Source: Candidatus Amesbacteria bacterium GW2011_GWA1_47_20
GTDB taxonomy: Bacteria; Patescibacteriota; Microgenomatia; CAZETR01; Amesbacteraceae
NCBI GenBank assembly: GCA_001002405.1
Contig: LCOA01000002.1
Coordinates: 1-54,801 of the forward strand
Direction: 5' to 3'
Length of the DNA stretch: 54,801 nt
The notes under the pieces are model-generated. The model did no database searches, had not been told where the DNA came from, and saw only the letters and a list, made by a program, of their open reading frames with translations. The translations under genes and the position numbers were made by a program. Of the stretch, positions 10,002 through 19,942 are shown piece after piece (position 1 is the first letter of the stretch; each line of letters starts with the position of its first letter).

Positions 10002-11455
10002 GCCAAAGCCACCAGACTGGTAATGTTGCCGATGGTGCGGACGGGGGTATCGGTAAACTTCAGATTAATTTGGGTGGCTAGCGGCACGCGGGCAATGATT
10101 AGGCCCATGGGGCCGGAGGGAAACAGCTCGACTTCAGCTTTCCAGCCCGGAAAATAGACAATCGGATATTGAATTTTTCGGTAGGAGTCGGTAGTGAGAA
10201 GTACCTGTGGCCCGGTAGGCGCAAAAGACGTGGGTAACTCGGAGGCGGAACGCGGCCAAAAATCGTTTAGGGCAGAAGAGCGCTGTTCGTCCCAGAGCGG
10301 GCCGGAAAATTGCTCACGGTCTGTGATGCTGCGCCAGATGTCTGGCTTGAAAAAGCCAGCGTTAAGCAAGAGCAGAAGAGCAAGAGAGCAGGAGAGTATA
10401 AGTTTATGCGAAACCACTTTGACTATAGCACCGGAGGAGAGGGCCAGAAAGAAGGAGGCGGGGCCCAAAAAGCGCCAAGGAAACTGGACATAAGCCAAAG
10501 GAGGAAAAAGCTTCCAAATAAATTCCGACTTGCCGTGAGTGAGAAAAACGGCAAAGAAGCCAAAGAGGGTAAACACGAGGGACTTTTTGCGAAGAAGAAG
10601 AAATAAGGGAACGAGCCATTGCAGGTAGCCCACAGAAAAACTCATGGTGTCGTTGGGGCCCCAGACGGAGCCGCCGTAGCCCCAAAAGCGGGAAACAAAC
10701 AGCTGCTTGAGAGTGGTCCAATGCAATTGATATGAGTAATAGTCAGTGGTGGTGCGGTTTAAAGTGACCAGATGACTTTCGAAAATCACCGGGAGTAGAT
10801 AAAAAGCGCTTAATAGAAAAACTGCGGCCCCGGCACCCAACAGTTGAAAAACGGGGATGGGGAATTTTCTTAACGCCCAAAAACCTAGGAAAGGAGCGAT
10901 CATGAGAGCCGAGAGATTGTGGGTAATGACCAGAATAGTGGCCGCAATGATCAAACCCCATAGATCACGCAGGCGCCGTCGGTCTAAAAAATTATCCAGA
11001 AAAAGAAAGATGAAAGGAAAAAGAGCCAAAGCATACGCCTCATTGAGCGAGCCACGGACCCACACGTCTACCGCCCGGTAAGGGGCGTAGACATAAAACA
11101 TGGCTGCCACCAGACTCCCTGGGTTGCCCCAATACTTTTTGCCGAGCAAGTACATGCCCACTGCCGAAACTAGGAGCGTGAGAATGAAATTGGCTTTGAC
11201 GGAGTCGATAATTTGCAATCCAAAGATATGAAATGCCTGACCGATCCAGTAAGGAAACTGGCCGTAGAAGTTAAAGACCGGCTCGCCGTAGCCCATCCCG
11301 GCGTCCGGCGCCCAACGGCAAGGAAATGCCTGACACTTGCTAAATTCAAACTGACGGAAGACGTGGAAATCGTGCATCGTAAAAATGCCGGAGCGGAACA
11401 TGAGAGAAAATGAGGGGATTAAGAGGATTAAGCAGATTAAGAGAAATTTGTTCAT
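9956..11455 (-). CDS. GT-C-fold membrane protein (YfhO / PTPS-related membrane domain)
   Basis: MHDFH, PCRW.PD.G.GYGEP.FNFY, YAPYRAVD..VRG..NE, QFPWRF, YFPGW. Confidence 0.75.
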   Translation of the reverse strand: MNKFLLICLILLIPSFSLMFRSGIFTMHDFHVFRQFEFSKCQAFPCRWAPDAGMGYGEPVFNFYGQFPYWIGQAFHIFGLQIIDSVKANFILTLLVSAVGMYLLGKKYWGNPGSLVAAMFYVYAPYRAVDVWVRGSLNEAYALALFPFIFLFLDNFLDRRRLRDLWGLIIAATILVITHNLSALMIAPFLGFWALRKFPIPVFQLLGAGAAVFLLSAFYLLPVIFESHLVTLNRTTTDYYSYQLHWTTLKQLFVSRFWGYGGSVWGPNDTMSFSVGYLQWLVPLFLLLRKKSLVFTLFGFFAVFLTHGKSEFIWKLFPPLAYVQFPWRFLGPASFFLALSSGAIVKVVSHKLILSCSLALLLLLNAGFFKPDIWRSITDREQFSGPLWDEQRSSALNDFWPRSASELPTSFAPTGPQVLLTTDSYRKIQYPIVYFPGWKAEVELFPSGPMGLIIARVPLATQINLKFTDTPVRTIGNITSLVALACLTLSGFYLLRRPA

Positions 11456-12993
11456 GGGAGTTTTTGGGCGACTTTGATGGCCGGCCGGGAAGAGGGGTAA
11501 TCGATGTGGAAATATTCAGGGAAATCGGGAGAGAAATCTTCGGGTTTACCGATGTACAAGGTGGGGATTGAAACAGAATCTTGGGGGTAAATTACTCCAA
11601 ATCGATATTTACCCAGATAATAGCCGTCAAACTGATCCAGGAATTTAACATTCCGGGGCCAGTTCTGGGAAGCTTTCTGGTACTCTTGTGGGTCGAACTT
11701 GGTATAAAAAGCCACAAAGATATGGGGTTCGGAAAGCGAGCGGCTGAAGCGGACGTCCGAAAACCTGTCCGAAAAAGCCTGCAATCGGGGCATGAGCTCG
11801 CGCCAACCGTAAGACATAGAAGGAGCAATGACATACGGCGAATGATAAAAGTAATCTTCGGCAAAAAATACAAAACTGATAACGTAGGCCCCGAACACCA
11901 GGACCAACCAGCGCCGGGGAAGATGAGTTATGGCGGTAGCCAGAAGAATGATGAGCCAGGGAAGCATGATGACCGCCCGGTTGGCAGCGGCTCCCGGGCC
12001 TTTGGCCAAAGCTGCGGGAAGAGGAGCCAATAGAAGAAGGGCTATGAGAAGCGGGGAAATTTTGGGGCGCCGAATAATTAAATAAGCAAGGAGCGGCAGT
12101 TCAATTAAATAAAGCACTCCCCTGCCCGGCGACATGCCGTAAAAAGGTTCACCAGCACCGGAAGTGAATAGGAAATTGGGGGAAAAATAAGAAATGTAGT
12201 TTTGAGCTAGGATCGAAAAAGAATAAACTAATTTATTAGAAAACACGCGGGCGAATACGTCCGGTAAACCCTGGGCCCGGGCTTCGAAACGGCGAGTGGC
12301 TACCCCTAGCCAATTGTCGGTGGGGCTAAAAATGCTGACGTCGGCCACCCGAGCGGAAACCAAGCCTATGAGCGAAACTACTAGAGGAATAATTAATACA
12401 GGCTTGAATTTGTCCCGGAAATAAACGAACAGAACCACAAGAATCAACGGCAGGATTAACCTGGCTGAGTGATACGAGTAAGCGGCGGCGGTCAGAAACA
12501 GCGCGGAAAGCATGGGATGACTGTCGAGAAAAAAATACAGGCCCAGAGGTAAAAGAAAAGTGGCCAGATTGGCTTCGAATGCCCCGCGAGACATTTGAAT
12601 ATGCCAGGGGTTGATGGCCATCAGCAACGCCGCCAGTTGACCAGTTTGCCAGTTAATCAGTTTTTTGGCCAGAAGATACACAGCCGCGATGGCCAGAATG
12701 CCGAAGATGGCATTAGGCAAGCGGACAGCAAATTCCGTCAGACCGAGAATTTTGACCGATGGGATGGCGAGGAAAGCATACAGAGGCAGTTTGTAATCTC
12801 CAAACGAGCGCAGGTTGGTGAAAAACAGCTGCCACCAGGGGGTGCCCCACTCGTCCCGGCCAGTCTGAAGCAGTGAGTAGGCGTTGTAGCCGAAAGCCGC
12901 TTCATCAGGTGTGAATCCGGCAGGCAAGCGAGCTAGCCAAAGCAAACGGGCAAGTGATCCGATAACCAGGGCCACAATCAGTAAATGGCGCAT
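11452..12993 (-). CDS. GT-C (PMT/ArnT-like) membrane glycosyltransferase
   Basis: FTPDEAAFGYNAYSLLQTGRDE, FGDYKLP, EFAVRLP, SRGAFE. Confidence 0.85.
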   Translation of the reverse strand: MRHLLIVALVIGSLARLLWLARLPAGFTPDEAAFGYNAYSLLQTGRDEWGTPWWQLFFTNLRSFGDYKLPLYAFLAIPSVKILGLTEFAVRLPNAIFGILAIAAVYLLAKKLINWQTGQLAALLMAINPWHIQMSRGAFEANLATFLLPLGLYFFLDSHPMLSALFLTAAAYSYHSARLILPLILVVLFVYFRDKFKPVLIIPLVVSLIGLVSARVADVSIFSPTDNWLGVATRRFEARAQGLPDVFARVFSNKLVYSFSILAQNYISYFSPNFLFTSGAGEPFYGMSPGRGVLYLIELPLLAYLIIRRPKISPLLIALLLLAPLPAALAKGPGAAANRAVIMLPWLIILLATAITHLPRRWLVLVFGAYVISFVFFAEDYFYHSPYVIAPSMSYGWRELMPRLQAFSDRFSDVRFSRSLSEPHIFVAFYTKFDPQEYQKASQNWPRNVKFLDQFDGYYLGKYRFGVIYPQDSVSIPTLYIGKPEDFSPDFPEYFHIDYPSSRPAIKVAQKLP

Positions 12994-13034
12994 GCAGCTT
13001 GATTATACGGGGGTGGCCAGCGTAATATCAATTG
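12994..13034. promoter_or_regulatory. Divergent -10 elements (leaderless or very short leaders)
   Basis: Minus: TATAAT (13002-13007), 8 nt, ATG 12993. Plus: TAATAT (13023-13028), 6 nt, ATG 13035. Confidence 0.55.
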
Positions 13035-14255
13035 ATGTGGCCGGGGATTGTAGCGGCGGGAGTGCTGGTAGTTAAGTTAGGATTGATGTTGGGGAAACCA
13101 TTGGGAGTAAGCGTGGCAATGGCTGAGACTTTTGGAAATTTGGGGTGGGGTGAGATGCAAATCAGAGTGTGGGGGTGGCTGGTGCAGGTGGTGATTGTGA
13201 TATTACTGGCCAAAAAAACTAGATCCGGATGGGTGGCGTTAATCGCCGCGGCTAATCCTTGGCTGAACACTATTTCTATGTGGCACGTATGGGAAACGAC
13301 AGCGCTGGCCGGCGCAGTCGGAGTGTGGGCGGCTAAGCACACGTGGCAAAAAGCGATAGGTGCAGTGGTTGTCGTATTGGCCTTGGCGGCCACTTGGACA
13401 AATTTAAGCAAAATTTCATCCGACAATTTAGCGGCCAAATTAAATTGGAATTTTTTGGGTCAGCAGGTAGACGAAATCCAGAAAATCAATTTCCAAGCCA
13501 CTCAAAAAAACTATATGCTTCCGGCAATTGTGCGCAAGATCTTATATAACAAGCCAGGATTGGCCTTAAATACGATTGTTCAAAGAAGCGTAGCGCTGAT
13601 GGATTTTGAGCAATGGACAGCACCACAGGCGGCCTGGACAGCGACCGGATTAAGCGGCCTACCGCCCAAAGGGTTGCTGCCCTTAATTTACTATTGGGAT
13701 ATCCCCTTGTTGATTTTTACGATCGTAATTTTTGACAAGAAGAGGGTGAAGTGGTGGCTAGTCGGTGGGTGGCTGGGGGGCATTTTTTTGGACAAGAAGT
13801 TTTTTACAGTTGGAGGAGTGTTGTTTATCCCGGCAATTGTGGTGCTGGTAGCCGAAGCCGTGAAACGTTTGGATAAGCGTTTGGTATTGGTACTATATCT
13901 AGCGGGCACAGGGTTTTTCTTTAAAGAAATGTTCTTCAATCAATTGAAGTGGCAATATTCGGACGTATATCTGTACCGACAGACGGCCATGTGGTTAAAA
14001 AACAACTTAGCGGCTGACGCGCGGGCGGCAGTGACAAACAAATTTGGGCCGATGGACGTGATGCTGAAATTTTACAAAGTGCTGCCGAATTCCAATATCG
14101 AAGTGGGTGAATTTACTCCCAGCCCCGGAAAAGTCTATATTGGATTGCCCAAAGAAATGCGGGGTATTCCGGAAGACAAAATCGTCACAAGAATTGAAGC
14201 GGATGACGAGCTGGTTTATGGATACGGAAAGGGCTTATGGATCGCAAAGTACTAA
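13035..14255 (+). CDS. Degenerate GT-C-like membrane protein lacking the N-terminal DE loop
   Basis: Keeps NPW, LYNK and G.L...D/E.PL blocks and the C-terminal YIGLP...YG block seen in paralogs; no DE motif after TM1. Confidence 0.6.
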   Translation: MWPGIVAAGVLVVKLGLMLGKPLGVSVAMAETFGNLGWGEMQIRVWGWLVQVVIVILLAKKTRSGWVALIAAANPWLNTISMWHVWETTALAGAVGVWAAKHTWQKAIGAVVVVLALAATWTNLSKISSDNLAAKLNWNFLGQQVDEIQKINFQATQKNYMLPAIVRKILYNKPGLALNTIVQRSVALMDFEQWTAPQAAWTATGLSGLPPKGLLPLIYYWDIPLLIFTIVIFDKKRVKWWLVGGWLGGIFLDKKFFTVGGVLFIPAIVVLVAEAVKRLDKRLVLVLYLAGTGFFFKEMFFNQLKWQYSDVYLYRQTAMWLKNNLAADARAAVTNKFGPMDVMLKFYKVLPNSNIEVGEFTPSPGKVYIGLPKEMRGIPEDKIVTRIEADDELVYGYGKGLWIAKY

Positions 14256-15628
14256 TCATTACTATTTTGGTAGTGGGAGCAGCGCTGCGGCTGGCTTGGC
14301 TGGATAAATCACCGGGGTCGGTAAATTGGGACGAGGCGGCCTTGGGCTACAACGCGTATTCTTTGTGGAAAACGGGGGCGGACGAATACGGAACAAAATG
14401 GCCGCTGGCTTTGCGATCGTTTGATGACTACAAACCCCCGCTGTATGCCTATTTAACGGCACCTGTCGTAGGAATATTTGGACTCAACGAAATAACCACC
14501 CGGCTGATATCTGCCCTGGCCGGGGTAGCCAGTGTTGGATTAGTGTATGTGATAGCCAAAAAACTGGTGGGGGAAAAAGAGGGATTGGTAGCGGCAGGGT
14601 TAATGGCAATTGAGCCCTGGGCGATTTTTTACTCCCGGGGGGCATGGGAAGCAAACTTGTCTCTGGCCGTATTTTTGACCAGCGTGTGGCTGATATTGAC
14701 CCGGCGAAATCTGGCCGGAATGATAATAGCCGGGATAAATGTTTTTTCTTATCATTCAGCCAAAATTTATTTGTGGCCGCTTTTAGTTTGGGGCCGGAAA
14801 AAGATGGGGGTGGTAATAGCAGTGGCGTTATTCACCATTGCCATGAGCAGTGGAGGATGGGCCAGGTGGACGTCCGCCGGAGGGAACTGGTGGGAGGCGG
14901 GCCAGAAATATTTCTCGTATTTTTCCCCGGCTAATCTGTTTGTGCGGGGTACGCCAGAACTTAACCAGCGGGTGGACGGGTTTGGCCTATATTATGGATG
15001 GGAGATATTTGCCTGGGCTATCGGGCTAGTGTGGCTGGTTAGGAATTGGCGGGAGAATAAAATTTTGGCTATGTGGCTAATCCTGGCTCCCCTACCGGCA
15101 ATCATTACCAGGAGCTGGTTTAACCCGGTGCGGGTGCTGCCATTGTGGGTTGCTCATACCATACTAGTTGCCATCGGCCTGCGGCGACTGACTGGCTGGC
15201 TGAAGATAATTATTGTCCCCTGGGCCGTAATTAACCTGGCGTGGTTTGGGTTGGCAGTCTTGTGGCAAATGCCGTACAGCCGTTACGGCGACTGGCAATG
15301 GGGGTTTAAAGAAGTGGTGCAGATTATTTCACCGGTATTGGACAAATATGATCAGGTGGTGTGGGAAACCGGACAGGCTCAACCATACATCTTCGCTTTG
15401 TTCTACCTGAAATATCCGCCGGAAGAATATCAGAAGGCACCGCGCCAGGGTTATGACTTCGGTAAATTTGTATTCCGGAAAATTTATTGGCCGGACGATA
15501 GAAATTTGAAAAATACTTTGTTTATTGGAGGAGTGTATAGCTTGCCGGAAGAGGGGGCTATCGGGAGAACCTGGGATCCGCAAGGATACGAATCAGCCCG
15601 TATACAAGCAACCCCCACACAACCATAA
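14237..15628 (+). CDS. GT-C (PMT/ArnT-like) membrane glycosyltransferase
   Basis: VNWDEAALGYNAYS, SFDDYKPPLY, YSRGAWE, QPYIFALFY. Confidence 0.85.
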   Translation: MDRKVLIITILVVGAALRLAWLDKSPGSVNWDEAALGYNAYSLWKTGADEYGTKWPLALRSFDDYKPPLYAYLTAPVVGIFGLNEITTRLISALAGVASVGLVYVIAKKLVGEKEGLVAAGLMAIEPWAIFYSRGAWEANLSLAVFLTSVWLILTRRNLAGMIIAGINVFSYHSAKIYLWPLLVWGRKKMGVVIAVALFTIAMSSGGWARWTSAGGNWWEAGQKYFSYFSPANLFVRGTPELNQRVDGFGLYYGWEIFAWAIGLVWLVRNWRENKILAMWLILAPLPAIITRSWFNPVRVLPLWVAHTILVAIGLRRLTGWLKIIIVPWAVINLAWFGLAVLWQMPYSRYGDWQWGFKEVVQIISPVLDKYDQVVWETGQAQPYIFALFYLKYPPEEYQKAPRQGYDFGKFVFRKIYWPDDRNLKNTLFIGGVYSLPEEGAIGRTWDPQGYESARIQATPTQP

Positions 15629-16085
15629 ACAGAGGATCGCGAGTGAGGGGGGCGAGATTGAGAGACAAGCCGGAAGTACGATAGTAAGCCCGAAAGCCAT
15701 TTTCAATTTTGACGGATGGCGAGGAGGATGTGGTGGTTAGAGTCAGGGGTTGATTGACGGAGTCGGAAATGGGAGCAAACTGCAGACGGATATCGGAAGG
15801 GTCGCCGATGTTACGACCGGAAAAATTTACTTGGCGCAAGACCTGGCCGGTTGCGGTGCTGATGGTAAATACAAAACCGGACGTATCGGATAAGTCCGGA
15901 TTCTTCATACGCAGGAGAATAATGTTTAAGCCGGAGTGAGTGGGAGTAAAAGTAAATGGCCGGGTTTCAGCCAGCGGCAAATAAGCACTGCCGGGAACTT
16001 CTGTGTCCAGCCGGTTGCGGCTGGCAAGCGAAGCCAGCAATGAACTTACGAGGACGATGAACGGTCCGAGAAGAATAAGGCGCAT
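15558..16085 (-). CDS. Hypothetical membrane-anchored protein
   Basis: N- and C-terminal hydrophobic helices around a beta-rich soluble domain; overlaps the upstream GT87-like gene. Confidence 0.65.
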   Translation of the reverse strand: MRLILLGPFIVLVSSLLASLASRNRLDTEVPGSAYLPLAETRPFTFTPTHSGLNIILLRMKNPDLSDTSGFVFTISTATGQVLRQVNFSGRNIGDPSDIRLQFAPISDSVNQPLTLTTTSSSPSVKIENGFRAYYRTSGLSLNLAPLTRDPLFMVVWGLLVYGLIRILADPRFSR

Positions 16086-17212
16086 AGGCTAATCCACAGG
16101 CTGACTCCTACTAGAACGGAGTGGAACAGGCTTTGCAAAAGAGGATTGACGAAAGGCGGTAGAAAAAGAATTTGAGGATTAAGGGGACTAATTAGTCCCC
16201 AGGTGAGAAATTTGTCGGGAAAAAGAAGAATGGTACCCATGGCGGAGGTAAAAAAAACCGCCAGAGATAACCATTCAAAGCGCAAGATAATAAACGGCAG
16301 GGACCACAGCAGCCATTGGGGGTGGAAATGGGACAATACTACCGGCAGTAGAGATGCGGCCAGAAAATAACTGGGTAAGCGGTGAATTTGGCCGCGGTGC
16401 AAAACACCCGCAACCAGAAACAGCATGGTCATAATCACCGGCACCAAATATAAATTCTCGGCGTAGCCTAATGGCAGCGCCAACTGCAGCACCCTTTGGG
16501 TCAGACCGGAAGTCAACGTATCGGAGTAAAAGGCCGGGGTGGCGAGAAACGGGGCCACAAATAGCAGATACGGCGCAATGCCCGCGGCAAATATTAGGGC
16601 GGAGCGCTTGAGACTGGTGGTAGATAAGAGGGCCAGAAACGGCAAAAACAGCAAGGGGTAGGTTTTGAAGGCGGCTGCCAGTCCCAAAAGAAGAGCTGCT
16701 AAAAACGGTTTGGGCTTAGCTATTACCAGCGCCAGGACGGTAAGCATCACCGGAAGAATATCGATTTGGCCCATGAAGCCGACGGCGTAAATAGTAAGGG
16801 GATTGAAAAACCAGATCCAGGGAATTTCCTTGCGCGAAGAGATTTTGGACAGCGTCCAACCCGTGGCCAGCAGAGCTAGAATGAGAGGTGTTTTGATCAG
16901 AAACAGGTACCGGAAAATACCGGCTACATCCACGGCGTCGTTGCCCATAGCCAACCAGGAAGCAAAACCCGGACCGGCCAAAAAATTAATAACGGGGTAC
17001 AGCAAACCCAGAACAAAATAGGCCAAGGGCGGATAAACAAATGAGCCGGCAGGAATGGGGTGAGCAGCCGTATAGCTATAGATATTAAATACGCCTTGGG
17101 AGAGAAACCCCGCCAGAGAATAAATTATTTTGATATCCGGATGGAAGAAAAAGGGGGCGATGAAAAAATAAAAGACAGCCGCAACCAGAAGGGGGCGTTT
17201 AACGTTTCGCAT
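16046..17212 (-). CDS. GT87/DUF2029-like GT-C glycosyltransferase
   Basis: FHPD, FVYPPLAY, FNP...GQID, AAFKTYP, HPQW. Start MRNVK has TATCAT 6 nt upstream. Confidence 0.75.
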   Translation of the reverse strand: MRNVKRPLLVAAVFYFFIAPFFFHPDIKIIYSLAGFLSQGVFNIYSYTAAHPIPAGSFVYPPLAYFVLGLLYPVINFLAGPGFASWLAMGNDAVDVAGIFRYLFLIKTPLILALLATGWTLSKISSRKEIPWIWFFNPLTIYAVGFMGQIDILPVMLTVLALVIAKPKPFLAALLLGLAAAFKTYPLLFLPFLALLSTTSLKRSALIFAAGIAPYLLFVAPFLATPAFYSDTLTSGLTQRVLQLALPLGYAENLYLVPVIMTMLFLVAGVLHRGQIHRLPSYFLAASLLPVVLSHFHPQWLLWSLPFIILRFEWLSLAVFFTSAMGTILLFPDKFLTWGLISPLNPQILFLPPFVNPLLQSLFHSVLVGVSLWISLCALFFSDRSSSS

Positions 17213-18362
17213 ACCGCCATGATAACCAAATAAAGGAGGCCAGCGCAAGTAAAATGAGAAGTTGGATGTTGAGGGTTGAGGAGAGCCAGGTGACCAAGAT
17301 GGGCCAACGGGGGTACCACCAGTTGTGATATAAGTTGAGCCAGTGAAAAAGGGAGAGATAAATAAATGCCGGTAACAGGCGGCGGTCCCGGGCCAACCAG
17401 AAAACTAAAAAGACCAGAGCTGGCAACAGGTAGCGCTCGTGCATGCGGGTGAGGAAAAAGAAAGCGGACATGGTAATTAGAGCAGCGATGGGAAAAACAG
17501 AAAAGCGTTTACGGGTAAAAACGAAAAGCAGGAGGGCGGCAAAAAGCACATATCCCCAGAGGCGGTAATTGGCGTCGGGAATTTTGCCCAAACCCATGGT
17601 TAAGGCCCAGAAATTAAATGCGTGATCTACCACGTAATCCGAACCCGAACCGGTTTGGATGATGTGCCAGTACGTGGCCAGGGGCGGAGTGGCAAACGGT
17701 AAAAATGCCAGTAGAAACATAATCAACCCAACGGCCGCGGATTCGAGACTTTGAGCAATGCCGAAACGGCGGTAAAAAAATAGAACATACAAAGGAATAA
17801 AAATTATGGAAGACTGTTTAGTAAGCAGAGCCAGAGTAAAAGAAACGGCCGAAAGGAACGGGCGACGGGTGAGGAAAGCGGCTACCAGAAAAAATACCGG
17901 CACGGACTCGATTTGGCCCCAGGAGGCACTGTTGTAAAAAATAGCCGGATTAAAAAGAATCAGGGCGGCCAACCAGCGTTTTTTCGTAGCAGTATATACC
18001 AGCCAAGCAAGACCTATATCTGCGGTCATGGCCCAAATTTTGTGAAACGCCGGCTGGGTGTCTTGGTCTTGCAGCCACCAAATGATTTGCGAGGGGAAAA
18101 GGGGGTATTTAAGATTTAGGTTCCATGCCGTGCGAGATACAGTATCGAAAAGACCTTGGGACAGGGTGAAAAAAAACAAAGTAACCGGGGGATAAGTGGG
18201 AGTGAGAGTACCGTAGCGGGACATGAACTCCCGCTGATAGATCCCTGCCGGACCAAGAGAAAGAATGTCTCTACCCCAAGAAACATGGTTGTTGACATCA
18301 CCAGAGTAAATTTGGGTACTAAGGAATAATCTAAGAACCAGACCGAGGATAAAAAGTGTCAT
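17199..18362 (-). CDS. GT-C glycosyltransferase (GT87/ALG-like)
   Basis: SGD, TYPP, NPA.FYNSASWGQIES, LLTKQ, AFNFW, TRMHERY. Start MTLF at the ATGA overlap. Confidence 0.75.
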   Translation of the reverse strand: MTLFILGLVLRLFLSTQIYSGDVNNHVSWGRDILSLGPAGIYQREFMSRYGTLTPTYPPVTLFFFTLSQGLFDTVSRTAWNLNLKYPLFPSQIIWWLQDQDTQPAFHKIWAMTADIGLAWLVYTATKKRWLAALILFNPAIFYNSASWGQIESVPVFFLVAAFLTRRPFLSAVSFTLALLTKQSSIIFIPLYVLFFYRRFGIAQSLESAAVGLIMFLLAFLPFATPPLATYWHIIQTGSGSDYVVDHAFNFWALTMGLGKIPDANYRLWGYVLFAALLLFVFTRKRFSVFPIAALITMSAFFFLTRMHERYLLPALVFLVFWLARDRRLLPAFIYLSLFHWLNLYHNWWYPRWPILVTWLSSTLNIQLLILLALASFIWLSWRYAKR

Positions 18363-19942
18363 TTTCTGGCAACCAGATACAAAATAGGCTGGTTGTAGGC
18401 GTTGGTGCTGGTAAACAGGACTTGGATATTGTCGGGAGGAGTACGGCGCCAATCCCAATCGCCGGCCACATTGTCCCGCTGGGAAATAACATACAAACTG
18501 TTGGGAAGCAAAGATTCCATCCAGTTTGATTTATTGAAGTTGCCAAAGAAGTATTTACCGTCTAAAGAAAATCCGTCGTAATTGGGAACAATGTTGACCT
18601 GAGGCTGATCCAGGGTGAATTGGCGATGAAATTTGGCCGGTGAGTAACTCGTCCAAAACAGGAAGCGAATTAAAGACGGCTCATAAGTGTTGTTGATAAA
18701 GACGCGGGAGTAATTGGGGGCCAGACGAGCCAGCTCGGTCATAGCCTGCTGAAATCCCACATTCCACCACCGCCAGGAAGATTTGGCGTAATGGGCAACG
18801 TAGTAATGGGCCAGGTACACAAAATAAGAAATAAAGAATACAAGGAATAAGATATTAAGAACCCGAGGTAATTTGCGGGTAACTAATACTACGCCGGCAC
18901 CGGTAGCGACAGCTAAGGGTGGAAGCATTAAAAACAAGCGAGTGGCGTGGTAGCCCCCGTCGGAAGTAAGAGCGGCTGGGAGCGGGGCTAAAAACAACCA
19001 AGTCAACCACAACCATTGCTTACGGGAAGCCAGATACCACAGGCCGATTAGCACGAAAGGGAAAGAGATGGGTAAAAGCTCGCCGACGATCTGCATGCTC
19101 TGGCGGTAATCGGGGTCGCCGCGAATGAATAAAAAGTCAGTGGAAAACGGCCGGAGATAATTAGCTACGACAGCAGAAGCGTAAGTTTCGAGTTTGTTGT
19201 GCCATAAACGCCCGTCTTCGGCCTGGAGAAGGTTTAAGTTTTTGAAAATTTCCGGATTGGCAAAAATGCTTAATCCCCCGAAGCGGCCCCGGGCGGGACC
19301 AGAGATAATATTAAAAATTAAGGGAACAAGAAGTAAAGAAAAAAGAAGTAAGGAAATAAGTTTGGGGCGAACGCGGGTAAGAAAAATGAGTGTCACAAAC
19401 CATAAAGGAACAAAAAGGACGGCGGTGCTGTAGGTGTACATCGAAAGGGCAAAGGGCAAAGGACAAAGGGCAAAACGACGTTTGAGAAAGAGCAAAGTGC
19501 CAAGCATGACCAGGTCGAGCATGAAAACTACTTCGTAAGCGGCCCGCGAGTAGTAGATGTGCCAGGGAGTCACCGCCAAAACCAGAGAGCAGAAGAGCGA
19601 GAGAGTATAAGAGCGAGAGATATGATAAACGAGGAGAAATAAAATGAGCGACCCAAGAGTACCAAAAATAACTTCAGGCAAACGGACGCCCCAGACGGAA
19701 TTTCCCAGGGCGGCGATGGTAGGAACTGTGGCGTACATGAGAAGTGGGGCGCGCCATTCCGCCAGAGAATGAATGTAAGTAGGCAAGATCTGGCCATATA
19801 AGTCCCTTCCGGTTTGCAGAAGTGACCGGGCCTGGTATCCCACGTCAACCTCATCACCAAACAATTCCGGGGGGGCGATCTGCAGCAGCCCAACACGTAA
19901 ACCTAGGCTAAGTGCTAAAATGAGGCTTAGAATCCAACTCAT
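18359..19942 (-). CDS. GT-C (PMT/ArnT-like) membrane glycosyltransferase
   Basis: LFGDEVDVGYQARSLLQTGRD, VRLP, PWHIYYSRAAYE. Start uncertain (19942, 19954 or 19960). Confidence 0.85.
   Translation of the reverse strand: MSWILSLILALSLGLRVGLLQIAPPELFGDEVDVGYQARSLLQTGRDLYGQILPTYIHSLAEWRAPLLMYATVPTIAALGNSVWGVRLPEVIFGTLGSLILFLLVYHISRSYTLSLFCSLVLAVTPWHIYYSRAAYEVVFMLDLVMLGTLLFLKRRFALCPLPFALSMYTYSTAVLFVPLWFVTLIFLTRVRPKLISLLLFSLLLVPLIFNIISGPARGRFGGLSIFANPEIFKNLNLLQAEDGRLWHNKLETYASAVVANYLRPFSTDFLFIRGDPDYRQSMQIVGELLPISFPFVLIGLWYLASRKQWLWLTWLFLAPLPAALTSDGGYHATRLFLMLPPLAVATGAGVVLVTRKLPRVLNILFLVFFISYFVYLAHYYVAHYAKSSWRWWNVGFQQAMTELARLAPNYSRVFINNTYEPSLIRFLFWTSYSPAKFHRQFTLDQPQVNIVPNYDGFSLDGKYFFGNFNKSNWMESLLPNSLYVISQRDNVAGDWDWRRTPPDNIQVLFTSTNAYNQPILYLVARK

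Noticed and set aside
6596..12755. Diversity-generating retroelement TR/VR pair
   Set aside because: Mismatches are not adenine-specific, both copies are coding paralogs, and no reverse transcriptase is present in the window.
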